Shown here: positions 48,772 to 60,813 of the stretch, one piece after another
Numbering within the stretch: position 1 is the stretch's first letter
Layout: the number at the start of each line of letters is the position of its first letter
Source: Klebsormidium nitens
Lineage: Eukaryota; Plantae; Klebsormidiophyceae
Length of the DNA: 64,000 bases
Assembly (NCBI GenBank): GCA_000708835.1
Contig: DF237332.1
Span: forward strand, 26,461 to 90,460
Direction of reading: 5' to 3'
Notes under the pieces: generated by a model
The model's database searches: none
The model's input: the letters and a program-made list of their open reading frames with translations, nothing else
Told to the model about the DNA's origin: nothing
Program-made: the position numbers and the translations under genes

Positions 48772-51700
48772 ATGCCTTGTCATAAAGTTTTTCTTCTGCC
48801 CCTGCTCATTGTGACACATCTTACAGTCCCTGCGCTTGCGCTGATTGTCAAACATCCTGTCAGCCAGCTACAATCTGCTCAGATTCCTTCCCGGCACAAT
48901 TTGGACAATAGTCAGGTGCCTCCAAATGCAGGGGACTTGGGAGCGTTCAACCTGGAGTGTTTCTTCTGCAAACGGGCGGTGAACAAGTACCGGGCGCGCG
49001 TTGAAAAGGGAACGGACGCTGCCGAGCAGGCGATTGGCGGGCTATGCAAAGAACTGAAGCTGCAAAAGGACGATGTGGTGAGGCGGCCCCTCCCCGTCAG
49101 AAGATACAATCTCCCCAATCAGCAGACAGCAGACCCCATGTAAAGCTTCAAAGGCTTGTCCTCAAACAGATTCGCGTAACGCAATCGAAGGAGATGAGAA
49201 TTACAGAACGGATTCCCTCACACAAGCCACTGTTGGTCCAACTTTGATCGTCCCCACTGCGATGGCATCATGCAAGAGTTTGGCCCCGAAGTCATCACAT
49301 GCTCGCCCGCCACCTGCTTGACTTTCCACTATGATTTCCCCAACATCTTCCCCTACCTTTTTCAACCCCGTTTTTCAACCCGGCGGAATCATGGTCACCT
49401 TCATCCTCTGCAGTGCGATGGCATCGTGCAAGAGTTTGGCCCGGAGGTGATCACCGTGCTCGCCCGCCGCCTGCTCGACCCCCACCATGTGTGCGCTGAA
49501 GTCTTCCACTACTGCCCACGTAATTCGGGGCGAGCTCCGACCGAGATACCCTGCAATGCCACCCTTTCTTGGGGGGCCCTGCGGGGACTGGTGTCTCAAT
49601 CTGAAAAGGGGTTGGCTTTGTTGAGAGAGCTGGGCTCAGGAGAAGTGTGCGCTGAAGATCAGTGGGGTGGCGGGAAAGTATCAGAGATGGGGAGCGTAAT
49701 GGGCAAAGGGGGCGAGTGTGTGACGTCAAGAAGTGGAAGCGAGAGTGTTCGAAGAGGCAAAACGGAAGATGCACTAAGAGTGAGTGATGAAGGCGAGGCT
49801 AGTACAGAGGATAGTGATGGGCGTGGGGGCGACCGCAGGATACGAAGGCCAGGAGAAAGTCTGGACGTCCAATATAGGGAAAGGACGTCCGAAACCGTCC
49901 AGCAACGGAAGCGGTCCAGCCACGAGGGCGAGAGCGTGTCTGTGGAACAGCAGGAACAAGCCCTGGGACACTTTCTGCAGTTGACAGATATTCACCTGGA
50001 TTTGGAGTATGTGGAAGGCTCGGAGGTGGGCTTCCCCAACAAATCTTTGCTTTCTTTGTTGTCAAGCTTCCATTCGTTTGTATGCCTGTTGCCTTGAGCA
50101 ATGGTGGCAATCTTATATTTGAACTCAACCCGTGCTATATTGTCTTTTATGCATGATCAGAAGAAAGCGACACAAACCTCCTCTGCAGGGATTCCTCAGT
50201 AGACTCGACGCAGTCCGATATGCACGTCGGTGGTCACGTTAGCGAAAGGACCAGTACGTCATGTATAGAACGCGGTATTCTCATAATCAGAACACAAGCT
50301 TACGAACGTCTCCTTGCCATGTACCAATACAAGATTCTCAATACTCCAAAAGTCCTTTCCTCAATAGTTCCAGAATTTCTTGGCCCTTGTCCATCTCTTC
50401 AAAAGTCAACCCCTTTCTCTGCTTGCCAGCTGGCATGTTTTCCATATAAACCTCTTTCCGTGCCTGCCAGGTGGCGTGCGGACGGCCGCTCTGCTGTCGA
50501 AAGGAGGACGGTCCGGCGGCGTCCAACACGTCCGCAGCAGGGCCTTTTGGCGACTACCGCTGCGATGCTGCGCCCGCGTTGTTCGACTCCCTCGCAATGT
50601 TCATCGGGAGCTCGAAGGAGCTTCCGAAGCTAGACTTTGCGGTCTTCACCGGGGACGTGCCTCCGCACGACGTCTGGGAAGGTGAGACGCTTCCGCAAGC
50701 GCTTGTGGGTTGTGTATGACAATTTGTGATTTGGAAAGTTGAGGGATCTGGTCTCCCTGGGGATTTTCGACCTTGGGGATCTGCTACTTGGGGGGGAGCT
50801 TAGAGGCTTTGTGTGATCTCTTTCTGGGTCAGTAGGTGGAATGTTGGGTCAGCGATTTGACCACGTTGGAGATGGGGACTTTATCTTTTGATGCCTCAGA
50901 GGTGCCTAGTTGCCGTTTTGACGTGTCAGCTTCTGGGTGCGAGATTGAAGGGCTTCCAGCTCTTAAGTCTCAGGGGCTTCTTTCATTGGTGAGAGATTTC
51001 CTTTGATCAAGTGGAAAGCTCCCCAAATGGAGAGACTCCGGAACGTTCTCAGCTGTACTCTGAGACGTTTGTAAAATGAAGGGGACCAAGATTGGTCTTT
51101 CATCTTCAGAAGCTGATTGATACGACTCTAGCCCCCGACTGTGCACATGAGTAGAGACGTAACGGATGGCGTAAAACATATAGGCTACCCCTGCAGAGTC
51201 CCGGGTGAAGACGCTGGCGGCCATGGAGACCGTATACGACAGGCTGGCGGTCGCCCTCAAGGGCGTGCCTCTGTACCCAGTTCTGGGGAACCATGCTGGC
51301 GTTCCGGTAGATTCGGTGAGGCGGTTTTGGTGCTTCCGGCCTGCCCAAAAGCGCAGGAGCTTCTGCCTTTCTGGACCTTCAGAGCTTGTCGAAGAGACTC
51401 GTTTGGCGACCGTCCGGTTTCTGAAGTAAGGATGTCTGGGACGCCCGGCGGTCGAAGGTCAAGGCAGTGTTGGAATGAGCAAGTCTCCAGGAAATGGATT
51501 TCCAAGACATAGGTTGCGGCGAGAAAAGCGTTCGTTTTAGGGATCGGAAGGCCTTCGAATCCGCACTTGCTTCAGCAATAATAATTGCAAAGACTCTCAG
51601 GCGCTGAAAAGGCGTCAACTTTCCTGCCTGCAGGCTAGTCCGCAAAGACTGGTCTTAGCACAAGCCACCAAAGACTGCCGTCACCTTGGGGTGTCAATCA

Positions 51701-54368
51701 CCTCGTAATTTCGCCCTCCTTTCCGCTTCTTCTTGTGTCTGCAAATCTGGACGGAAAGCAGATCAGGGGGTTCCTTTCTGCAGTTCCCGGACCCCCCCGC
51801 CCAGAGCTGGCTGATGGACGCCAGCTGGCGCCTCTGGAAGCGGTGGCTGCCGGCGGACGCGGAGGTGACCGTCCGAAAAGGGGGCTACTATACGCTATTG
51901 CACGAGCCGGGCCTGCGGATTGTGGGCCTCAATACGCAGTGAGCAGATTCTTCTGCTAAAAAAAAGTGCGATTCTGGAGCGAGATCACGCAAGAGAACTT
52001 TTGCTTCTCCAACTGCCATTTGTCGGCCCATCTGGAGCGACGTCTGGTCTTCTGATGATCGAGGCGGCTGGAAAGGAATCGCGTCCGCAAGCACGGCTTC
52101 TTTTTCTCGACTTTCCGACTTTTGACGGCAACTGGTCAACGTCTCGAAGTGCGATGTCTTTCGCTAATTCTTACGACGTCGTTTCGAAAGCAACGAAACC
52201 CCTGTGAGCCATCGCCGCAGACCTTTTTCCGCCGCCAAGCCCGGGTACAGAAAGACCGTCAGCAGAGGCGTTGAACTGACGTCAACCGCATTCTGGGCAG
52301 GTACTGCGACACGTTCAACTTCTGGCTGCTCGCGCACACGTCCGAGCCGGACCCCGCCGGACAGCTGGAGTGGCTGCTGCGCGTGCTTGCGGACGCTGAA
52401 GCCGCGTCCGAACGTGTGATCATCCTGGTAAGCGGCCGGAACTTCTTTTACTGTCTTTGTTCATCTTCTTTCGTTCGCTGCGGGGAATGGCCAGAGTTTT
52501 GGAGTCTTGGGGGAACGCTTGGATTTGTAAAGGGCGCTCGGTTAGGCTTCTTGACCGTTTCCAAAGCCCACCACATCTTCGAATGAGGGCTAGAGCTTTA
52601 GAGTAGACTTGGTGAGTTTCTGCGGCGACCTTGTAGGAATCAGGCAAGCTCAATTGGTGCTGCTATCCGTGCAAACGTCCCAAAGTCGGGGGCGGGTTCG
52701 CAGAAAGTCACACGTTGAGGAACTCAATGAGCGACGAGTCGCGCTTTCCGCACTCTGCATATGTAACCCGGTTGCAGACTCCTCTTCATGACGTTACCCG
52801 TGACGTCACCTGCTCTGCTCGCGCAGGGCCACATCCCGATTGGCGCCGACGCGTGCTACGTCAGCTACAGCCAGCGGTACTCGCTCATCTTGGACCGGTT
52901 CCGGAACACGGTGTCCGCACAGATCTTCGGACACACGCACTCGGACAGCTTCAAGCTGTACTATGACGCCGCGACGCTCACAGGTGACGTCAGCGCGTTA
53001 CTTTTCCGTTCTTTCTGGCTCCTTTTCCGTTCGCTTTCCGTTGGCGGGCACACGGCGGCGGCAGGCCGTCAATCGGAGTCCGTACGGGGACGTCCTGACA
53101 AGTAGAGTTCTGCAAAGATTTTGAGAATCGCTGTTTTCCCGAAGCTCATGCTGGCGTAGCAAATTTCTGCGAAGGATTCGATCTCTTTCCCGTCTTTCGG
53201 ATTGTCCAGACACTTGCCTTGTGCTTCACAGACTCCTTCCATGGATGCTAGCAGCTTAGTTGACCGAAGTACCCTCGTAGGCTTTCGTTTTTCTTCGCCC
53301 ACCTTTGCGCTCGTCTTGTGATAATGTCACTTGAATACGCACGGCTTACGTAAGTTCCTGACTTGACGCTGCAGACCCCATCGCGGTCGGTCTTGTGTCC
53401 CCTTCCGTCACCCCCTACACCGGCCGGAATCCGTCCTTCCGTGTGTTCGACTACCGCCGGCCCATCCACGGAACGGCCGCCAACGCGATCCTCGACGACT
53501 ACAAGCAGTACATGTAAGCGCTCCGTCCTTCTCTTCTTGTCAAAACAGAGCTTGTCCGTAGGAACCGTGGGCGGTTTCCTGCGTTGAAGCATACCGTGGG
53601 AACACGTTGCTGCGTGCTGACTGGCCGAGAGGATTTCGTTTAAGGACTTCTCCCGGCTTATTTTGTTTCTCACCCGCCTCAGAAGCCGGCATAGGGCTCG
53701 GACTCTGATTTTGCAACTCGGCGTATCCTGGTCGTCGTTTTACCCAATTATTATTTGGCATAATCCAGAATGTTGGCATCCCGCCTCACACGGTTGGAAA
53801 CTTTTCGACGGACGCTGTCTATCGCATCGTGATTGTCTTTTTGTTCGCCCATTTTTCTTTCATAGCTGTCACTTGCCGGCAGGCCCGTACCACGGCCAGG
53901 TGCGAATTGAGGGGACACGGTTCGCCACCGCGACAAGCGGCGTGGGAAATCTGCCATGACGTATAACAGTTGCAAATGTTCGAGAGAGCAAGGTCCCATA
54001 TCTGCCCTTGCTAATGACTCCGTTTCCGCTTTTCCAGTTTCGACCTCGACTCCGCCAACCACGACCGGAACGGCTCCCTCTGGACGCTCGAGTACGGCGC
54101 CCGCTCAGCCTACAACCTGCCTTCCATGTCGCCCAAAAGCTGGCACGCTCTGCTGCAGCGGCTGGAGAGCGAGCCCGGGCTCCTGGGGGCGTATTTACAC
54201 CGCCGCGCGGCCGGACGGCCGTGGACGTGCGACGCGGAGTGTGAAAAAGCGCTCTTGTGCGACGTCAAGTCGCAGACGTTTGCGCTGTATCAGGAGTGCG
54301 TCGGTGGGAAGATTGGGAGCTTTAGCGCGGCGCTCAAGATCTTATTGAATATGCTACTCAAATGTTGA
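48772..54368 (+). CDS. Acid sphingomyelinase-like phosphodiesterase (signal peptide + saposin B + calcineurin-like metallophosphoesterase + ASMase C-terminus), 718 aa
   Basis: Exons 48772-49077, 49414-50025, 50471-50681, 51197-51315, 51784-51938, 52301-52427, 52827-52983, 53375-53513 and 54038-54368 total 2157 nt in phase. Saposin cysteines (CFFC, LC, C, VC, YC); metal motifs TDIHLD, TGDVPPHD, GNH, GHIP, FGHTH; PSVTPY..RNPSFR and LEY.ARSAY.L. Confidence 0.92.
49258..49312 (+). repeat. Intronic copy of the sphingomyelinase exon 2 5' end with a dead acceptor
   Basis: CAC|TGCGATGGCATCATGCAAGAGTTTGGCCCCGAAGTCATCAC against CAG|TGCGATGGCATCGTGCAAGAGTTTGGCCCGGAGGTGATCAC (49414 onward). Confidence 0.85.
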
Positions 54369-55238
54369 GGGTTTCGGATTTCGATGAAGTGAGGGACTGA
54401 CGGTCACGTACACTAAGCTGCACGCACATGCGACGATTTTGTATATGTTGATTGAAGAAGACAAGAGAGCTTCCTTTTCATGGAGCTGACAGAGAGCTCG
54501 CAAAGCACGTACTGCGCAAATTCTTGATCGTAGGCTTTCCCGATTACCCTGTAATCCCGATTATGTCGGCCGAACTAATATCAAGATCGTTTGAGATCTT
54601 TCTATGCATGCATATCACGACTTATAATCGCGGTGCTTGATCTTAGCGCCACAATCAGGACTCAATATGTCCATCGATTGTCCAGGCCCACGGAGACTTG
54701 TCAAGCTGCTTCACGATGCTTTGATCGATGACCAGCTTCAATCTCACGTTGCAATCTAGGATACTATAACTTAGTGACCGCAGACAAACGGTCGACTACA
54801 CGTGGCTAGACGGTGCGCCCACAGCATGTGCAATTGCCATGAAGTGCACGACAGCTTCAGGCTTGTATCGTCGGAACGCTTTACAAAACATGCATATAGG
54901 CCACGACAAGCGCACTGTACAATCGTACTCTGTGTACTGGGTCATGCTGGCCAGGAATATAAGGGAACTGCACATGTGAGAGGCCGGAGCTCCTATAAGG
55001 TTCTAATTAGTTTCAATGTAAACGCTGGTGGTGAGAATACTGACCGCGAAGAAGCTAGGTGTAGTCTGCTATTTCGTTTAGCAGTATCTGATCAACGTCG
55101 AAACTAATTTGCAAGGGCCAAGTCCGTTCCAGTCGGCTTTGGAGGACACCTGTGCACAGGCGCGAAGAGATTAAACTTGATTTATTTGCTTTCGAGAGTA
55201 CCAAAGAATTTATCAAAAGATCGTGTCCAATTTGCTCA

Positions 55239-56246
55239 TCAAAAAGAGAAAACCTTCGACTTCTTGTACTTCGAGGCAATCCAAGCTACTCCAACTAGCA
55301 ACGAGATTGTCAGCGCTACCGTCGGGGTAGCCCATGCAAGCGCTTCGCTGATCTGTTCACTCACGACCACGAAAGTAGACTTCTGAAGGTCGCATTCCGC
55401 TGTTTTGGTGCGGGGCTCTTGAGATATAACAAAGGCCCTCCCTCCGCATCCCGGAGGTTCGTATCCAACGTCTGTACACAAGCTTGCGTCGAGGAGCAAA
55501 GTCCACGGCTTCCCCTCTATCGACAACACCCGTCCCGGACGCCTGTTGATGGGTGCGAGGAAAGCGTAGGTCTCGGTTGTAATGCCCGCGCATTCGCTTC
55601 CTGAGAGCGAACCATCCAAAGCTATTAAATGCGCCCACCACTCAACCAAAGCCCGTTTTGTGGTGCCAATTGCCCAGCCAGCAGCTTGAGCAGTCTCAAA
55701 TCGTACGGTGACGCGTGTAGGCTCGACGAACGGTTCGTTCGGAAGGATGGTCGTTGCATTTTGCAAGGCCGATCCGTGCCAAGGGGTGTGAGCGCTCCAG
55801 CCCAAGAGTCTTCCCTTCAACCTGCAGATGATTAGGTAATGCGCCACGTGGTCTTCATGCTCTCTGGAGGGTGCGCGATCACTGAAAGCGCCGAATTTTA
55901 ACCTCCTCCGAAACCGGGTTTGTTCAAGACCTGACCAACTTGGCTTCAATTTCGACGTCTTGTGTCTGGATCTGACCACCGCTAGCTGCGCATACCCGCC
56001 TAGCGACGCGACCTCAGCGTCTAGTTCAGCCTCCAAAAGTCCAATTGCGTTTTGTTCATCCTGCTCAAAGGAAAGAGCCTCACCCCCCTCTGGGGCAAGG
56101 AAAGCCGCCTTCCAGATGTGTTTGTTATCCTTCACCAACCGGAGCAAGGACTTGCAGGCAAACGCGGCGCGCGCAAGCGAGGGGGGGTCCTGCGCCGCCA
56201 GTCTTAGAATAACGCACACAAGCAGCTCACTCGGAAGGCGCTCCAT
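55239..56246 (-). CDS. Intronless F-box-like protein with C-terminal transmembrane tail (335 aa)
   Basis: N-terminal MERLPSELLVCVILRL...LARAAFACKSLLRLV...IWK follows the F-box pattern LPxE...IL..L...CK.W/L. C-terminal TVALTISLLVGVAWIA is followed by SKYKKSK. Confidence 0.75.
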   Translation of the reverse strand: MERLPSELLVCVILRLAAQDPPSLARAAFACKSLLRLVKDNKHIWKAAFLAPEGGEALSFEQDEQNAIGLLEAELDAEVASLGGYAQLAVVRSRHKTSKLKPSWSGLEQTRFRRRLKFGAFSDRAPSREHEDHVAHYLIICRLKGRLLGWSAHTPWHGSALQNATTILPNEPFVEPTRVTVRFETAQAAGWAIGTTKRALVEWWAHLIALDGSLSGSECAGITTETYAFLAPINRRPGRVLSIEGKPWTLLLDASLCTDVGYEPPGCGGRAFVISQEPRTKTAECDLQKSTFVVVSEQISEALAWATPTVALTISLLVGVAWIASKYKKSKVFSF

Positions 56247-56742
56247 TGCCGAACTACGATATTGTGGAGAACCTGCAGGCCGCGGTCGATAGAGGCAATC
56301 TGAAAGAGGCAGCGTTTGAGTTTGCCGGGTTGGTTGTCCCGTGAACAAAAACCGAGGACGTTGCACCTTAGACTCCAGCTTGAGAGTCCAGCCACCCTGA
56401 CTAGTGCGATGGCCAGGATCTCGAGTTGCAGCAACCGCTCCGCGCAGATTCTTTCACCGGCGCTTTGAGGCGGTCCGCGGCCGCGACACTGCGCGTTAAG
56501 GCGGCCGCTGCGCGACATCGATCGACATCGAGCCCTAAGTGCCGGCCGCGCTGCCCGGCCGCCATCGTGACCGCCGCGCGGGCCTGGCGCGACTTCAAGC
56601 GCGCTGCCGCGTACCCACTATTGGGTTTTACGCTCTGATCGAACGGCGATTTGCTAGATAGCCTTTGTTTTTTGAACAAACGGTTTCACGTTTATCGTCT
56701 GGGACACCTGCAACTTTGCCTCACATAAGCTCATACCAATAG

Positions 56743-56870
56743 ATGATCGCCTTCCGAGCGAGCTAGTTGCCCACATTCTGCAGAATCTGGCACCAATCTG
56801 GCACTGCACGTACGGCCCGTTCTCGTTTCTGCGCGCCACGTTCGCTTGCAAGTCCTTCGCCGTCGTTTGA
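56743..56870 (+). pseudogene. Inverted F-box relic
   Basis: ATG at 56743 is followed by an apparent 1-nt deletion, then DRLPSELVAHILQNLA...FLRATFACKSFAVV*. It is homologous to the N-termini of both neighbouring F-box genes but on the opposite strand. Confidence 0.75.
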
Positions 56871-57771
56871 ATCCGTTGCTGCTACATCTTTCGCACAGTT
56901 CAAGCGTACGCAAACTTTCGGACAAAAGAGAGGTGCAAACACTAAGTTCCAATCAGCACGACGCGCCATATAACAATCAGACACAGTCGATCCCACAGTA
57001 TGTATCCTAAGCAAGTGCCGGGACGTTGCACCCCGCATGCGAAAGGATTAACGATGTAAGAAGGCGCCGCGGAATCCGGCCTCGAAGGCCGCCGATCACC
57101 AGGCAATCAAACGGCTGTGCGAACATGAAATCTCCCTGTGAACATGGCGTCTCGCCCATGACTTCGAGCTAAGTATTTTGAACTCCATGGAAGCAATGCC
57201 TTTGCCTTCCTGATTGCGAAAGGCCACCCTGCCTGCAATTGGGACACGTACACATATTATGCATTCACTAATCGGCTTACGATCACACAGATGGGAGGCC
57301 CTCGCCACATCAAAATAACAAGATCTGCCACAGTACTTCATGTGTCGCCGATTGATTGTGTCTGCGTTTGCAGCGCATCAATACTGAGTGAGATGTATCA
57401 CAACTATGAGCAACGGCTACAATTGATACGAGCAGAGAGGAAGGTGTTCGTAACATACATGTCTTGGGATGGGTTCCTCGCTGTTACGCAAAATGTGAGG
57501 GGATTTCAGAGGTACAGTACTTGTTCCTACTTAAACATGGTATGTTTGGTGGCGGATTCGTTTTGACATATAATACGTGCCACCACCGAAAGTAGCAAGA
57601 CATCAGGACCTGTCTGCAAGAACCATTTGCGCACCTATTCTTTAATGACACACAAACACGAACACTGAACAGAACCATTCCCGCAAAAAGATGCTGATCA
57701 AACATCAAACATCATGATCAAACAGCCCAAGAGTATTATCGACCAGCCGTAAGCTATCCGAGGGTCAAGTT

Positions 57772-58778
57772 TCATTTTCCAGGCCGCCCAAACCACTGCG
57801 TCAAGTAGCTAAGTCTCGCTAACCCCGTGGTAAACCATGCACGCCAGCTTTGGCTGCCAGCAGGCTCATCAGTAGTGGACATCTGGAGGCCGCTTTGAGC
57901 TGATTCGGTGCGGAATTCCTGCGAAACAATAAAGACTCTGCCTTCGCATTCCGGAGGTTTGTATCCGACTTCTTCGAACAAACTTTTGTCAAGTGTCCAA
58001 ATCCAGCGCTTCCCCTCAATCGACGACACCCGTCGCGGGCACTCGATAAGGGGTTCGAGAAAAGCGTAAGTCTCTGTCGTGATGTCTGTGTCACCTGCGC
58101 GTCTGCTCCCCGCGCGCGCGCTATCATGCAAAGCTCTTACTTCCGCCCACCTCTTAATCAGAACCCTTTGCGACGTGATGCCTTTGCTTAGGCGAGAAGG
58201 CGCTTCGGGGTCGAAAAGCCTACAAACATGAGTGAAGGCCTCCGCCTGAATGGTTTGCTTAGGATAGTTTTAACATCCCTCATTGGCGATCCCTGCCGAG
58301 GGGTCTGAGCTCTCCAGCCCAGGATTCCTCCCCTCAGCCTATAGATGACCAAGAAACGAGCCACGTGGGCATTTTTGAAGTCTCCCATCTTCCAACTAGA
58401 GGACGCGCGGTTCCCAGAATCACCATTGCTGCTGAGCCGGTTTTGTTCAACATCAAACCAGCCTGGCTCTTTCGACGTCCTGTGTCTATATTTTACCAGA
58501 ACTAGCTGTGCATATCCCCCCAGCGAAACGACTTCTTCGTCTAGTTCAGCGTTGCCTTCAACTTTCAGATAATCGACTCCTTTTTGTTCACCCTGCTCGG
58601 AGACAAACGCATCACCTGGCTCTGGAGCAAGGAAAGCTGTCTTCCAGACGTCTTGGTTTTCCCTGACTAAGCGAAGCCAGGACTTGCAGGCGCACGTGGC
58701 GCGCAGAAGGGAGAGAGGGTCCTGCACCGCCAATCTTAGCAGAATGCACACAACCAACTCGCTCGGAAGGCGCCCCAT
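57772..58778 (-). pseudogene. Frameshifted paralog of the 55239-56246 F-box gene
   Basis: ORF from ATG 58778 (MGRLPSELVVCILLRL...ELDEEVVSLGGYAQL...VARFLVIYRLRG) stops at 58188. Homology resumes in the -1 frame (RVLIKRWA...ITTETYAFL...RVSSIEGK.W..LD..L..EVGY.PP.C.GR.F..SQE.RT) to 57772. The shift lies near 58205-58220. Confidence 0.8.
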
Positions 58779-60813
58779 TATTGCTGAGCCAATTTGCAAT
58801 CTTCTCCAAACGCACTCTAGACAGACGGTACGTCGTTTGTTCATATGGTGCGGACTTGCTCCCGCGGGCTTCGCTGGCGTAGGCTTAGAGACGGTGTGCG
58901 CGGCCGCGACGCGGCTTCAGGCGGGCCGCGCGGCCGCGCTTCGAAAGCGCGGTGCCGCCGCCGCCCGCCGCCGCACCCGCTGACGTGGCACGCTAGAGAA
59001 TAAAAGGCCGAACAAGTAATCGATCGAGAACATCGACTCACTCCCAGCATAAAGTATCAATCGCCCTGATTCAAATGGTGTTCCGCCAAGGTGCCGGTGT
59101 TGGAGCAGCTCTACGTGTGCGTTTGCTGGCACCCTTCCACAGAAAGAGGACCACTTTCTGACGTTGATTTGGAGAATAATAAGTGTCTCGCCGCTGGTCG
59201 AGTGATAACGCGAGCCTGACTCTCATAGAACATATTGCAGTCTGGGGTTCGGAAACCGATGAGTCCGTTTATCGTCTTTCAACGCCAGGCATACCCAATA
59301 CCGTGCAAGGCTCCCATACCACCCGACTCAGTGGGCCCGGAAACAAATGCATCGGGGCGACGGTGCAATCCGCACATGATTGTTACTTTCCACGTACGCG
59401 TACGTTGTGTGGCAGCTGGCCGGTCAGTCAAACGCCTGTAGACGGTTGATCTGCTTCAACACAAGCGACGTACTGCAGCGAAAACCCTGGCAATGCATGA
59501 TTTAGAACCGCGCACCCTGAGTCCAGCTCATGCATGCACGTGGCAAGAGGGCAGTGCCTGTTCGAAAGGATAGCTTTGAGTATGTCGGATTCATGCAAAG
59601 CTTTGCAACCTTTCAAGTTGATTCCATGACGATGTAGTTACTTGAACAGCTAGAATTCGAAACAATCAATCTCGTACTTTTGCATCTCAACACAGAGCAG
59701 TTCTGAAGCTAGTGACGGAGGTCAAGTGGAAACGCAGAACATAACAGCTTATTTTAGGATTAAGACTTGAGAATCTCGCATGCACGGAATTGAACGTGGG
59801 CCTCTCATTACACGTGACGGGGCATCATCATGCGAACGACAGAATATATACACAATCAAGGTTGCAAAGAAGGAAAGACTCAGTGTCAATCTTGACACTG
59901 TCAACCATACACAGTATACGCACATATGTCTCAAATCTGCTCTATTCACTTATACCTTTGACGGCCCCTTAGCCACTCAAGTCTAGATCGCTAAGCCTTT
60001 CTACTGGTTTCAAACAAGCCCGCAAGTCTAAAGTCTAACCACCTACATCTACTAATCTCTCAAACCAATATTTCTTCCCACAAGGAGGGTCAAGGCTCCA
60101 GAAAGAATGAACAACCTATCCAAACGCAGGCCGCCTGCCATAAGCTTCATATACATCTGTCAAATAAATAACGCTGTGTCCTACTGCATAATGTCACACT
60201 GAGACACGTAACATAGCCACAACACATAATCCTCAAAATCCTAGAATCCCACCACCCAGTTCGGAGCACCCCGAGCACAATGTTCCACCAAACGCACCAA
60301 CTCAGAAAAGATCATCCCCCGAAACTCCAGAAAACCTTTCCAGCGCTCGTCTTGGGGTCGGCTTCGAGCTTCAACACGTCCAGGTCGTGCACTCCGTGCT
60401 TGACATACGCCGGATACCTGCAGACGACGCGGTGATTTCCAACGAAGCCAACGAATTGACCGGACAGGGTACCTGACTTCATTTACTACTTGGGGTTCTC
60501 GCAATGGAAGTCTGGTCGTTGCTGACTTCTTAAGCCTCCAAGAGGCGAGTTGCTAACTCAAAGGCGCCTCCAACTGCCGAGCCCCAGGCTGCGTAAAATG
60601 CAAGTTAGGTAAGTCAAACGTGGGTACTTGTAAGTCGATTTAAGCGGACCACTGAATTGGCACCTTCTGGTGGCCGCATCAGGGTAATCGAACGGCTCAA
60701 GTTCCTTGTAGCTTGAACTTAATCTGGTCAGGCGGCAAAATAAAATCATCAAAAAATTCGAAAACTATGAAGAAGCGCTGTCGATAATGTGCCTGAATGC
60801 TTTTACCCCTCCG

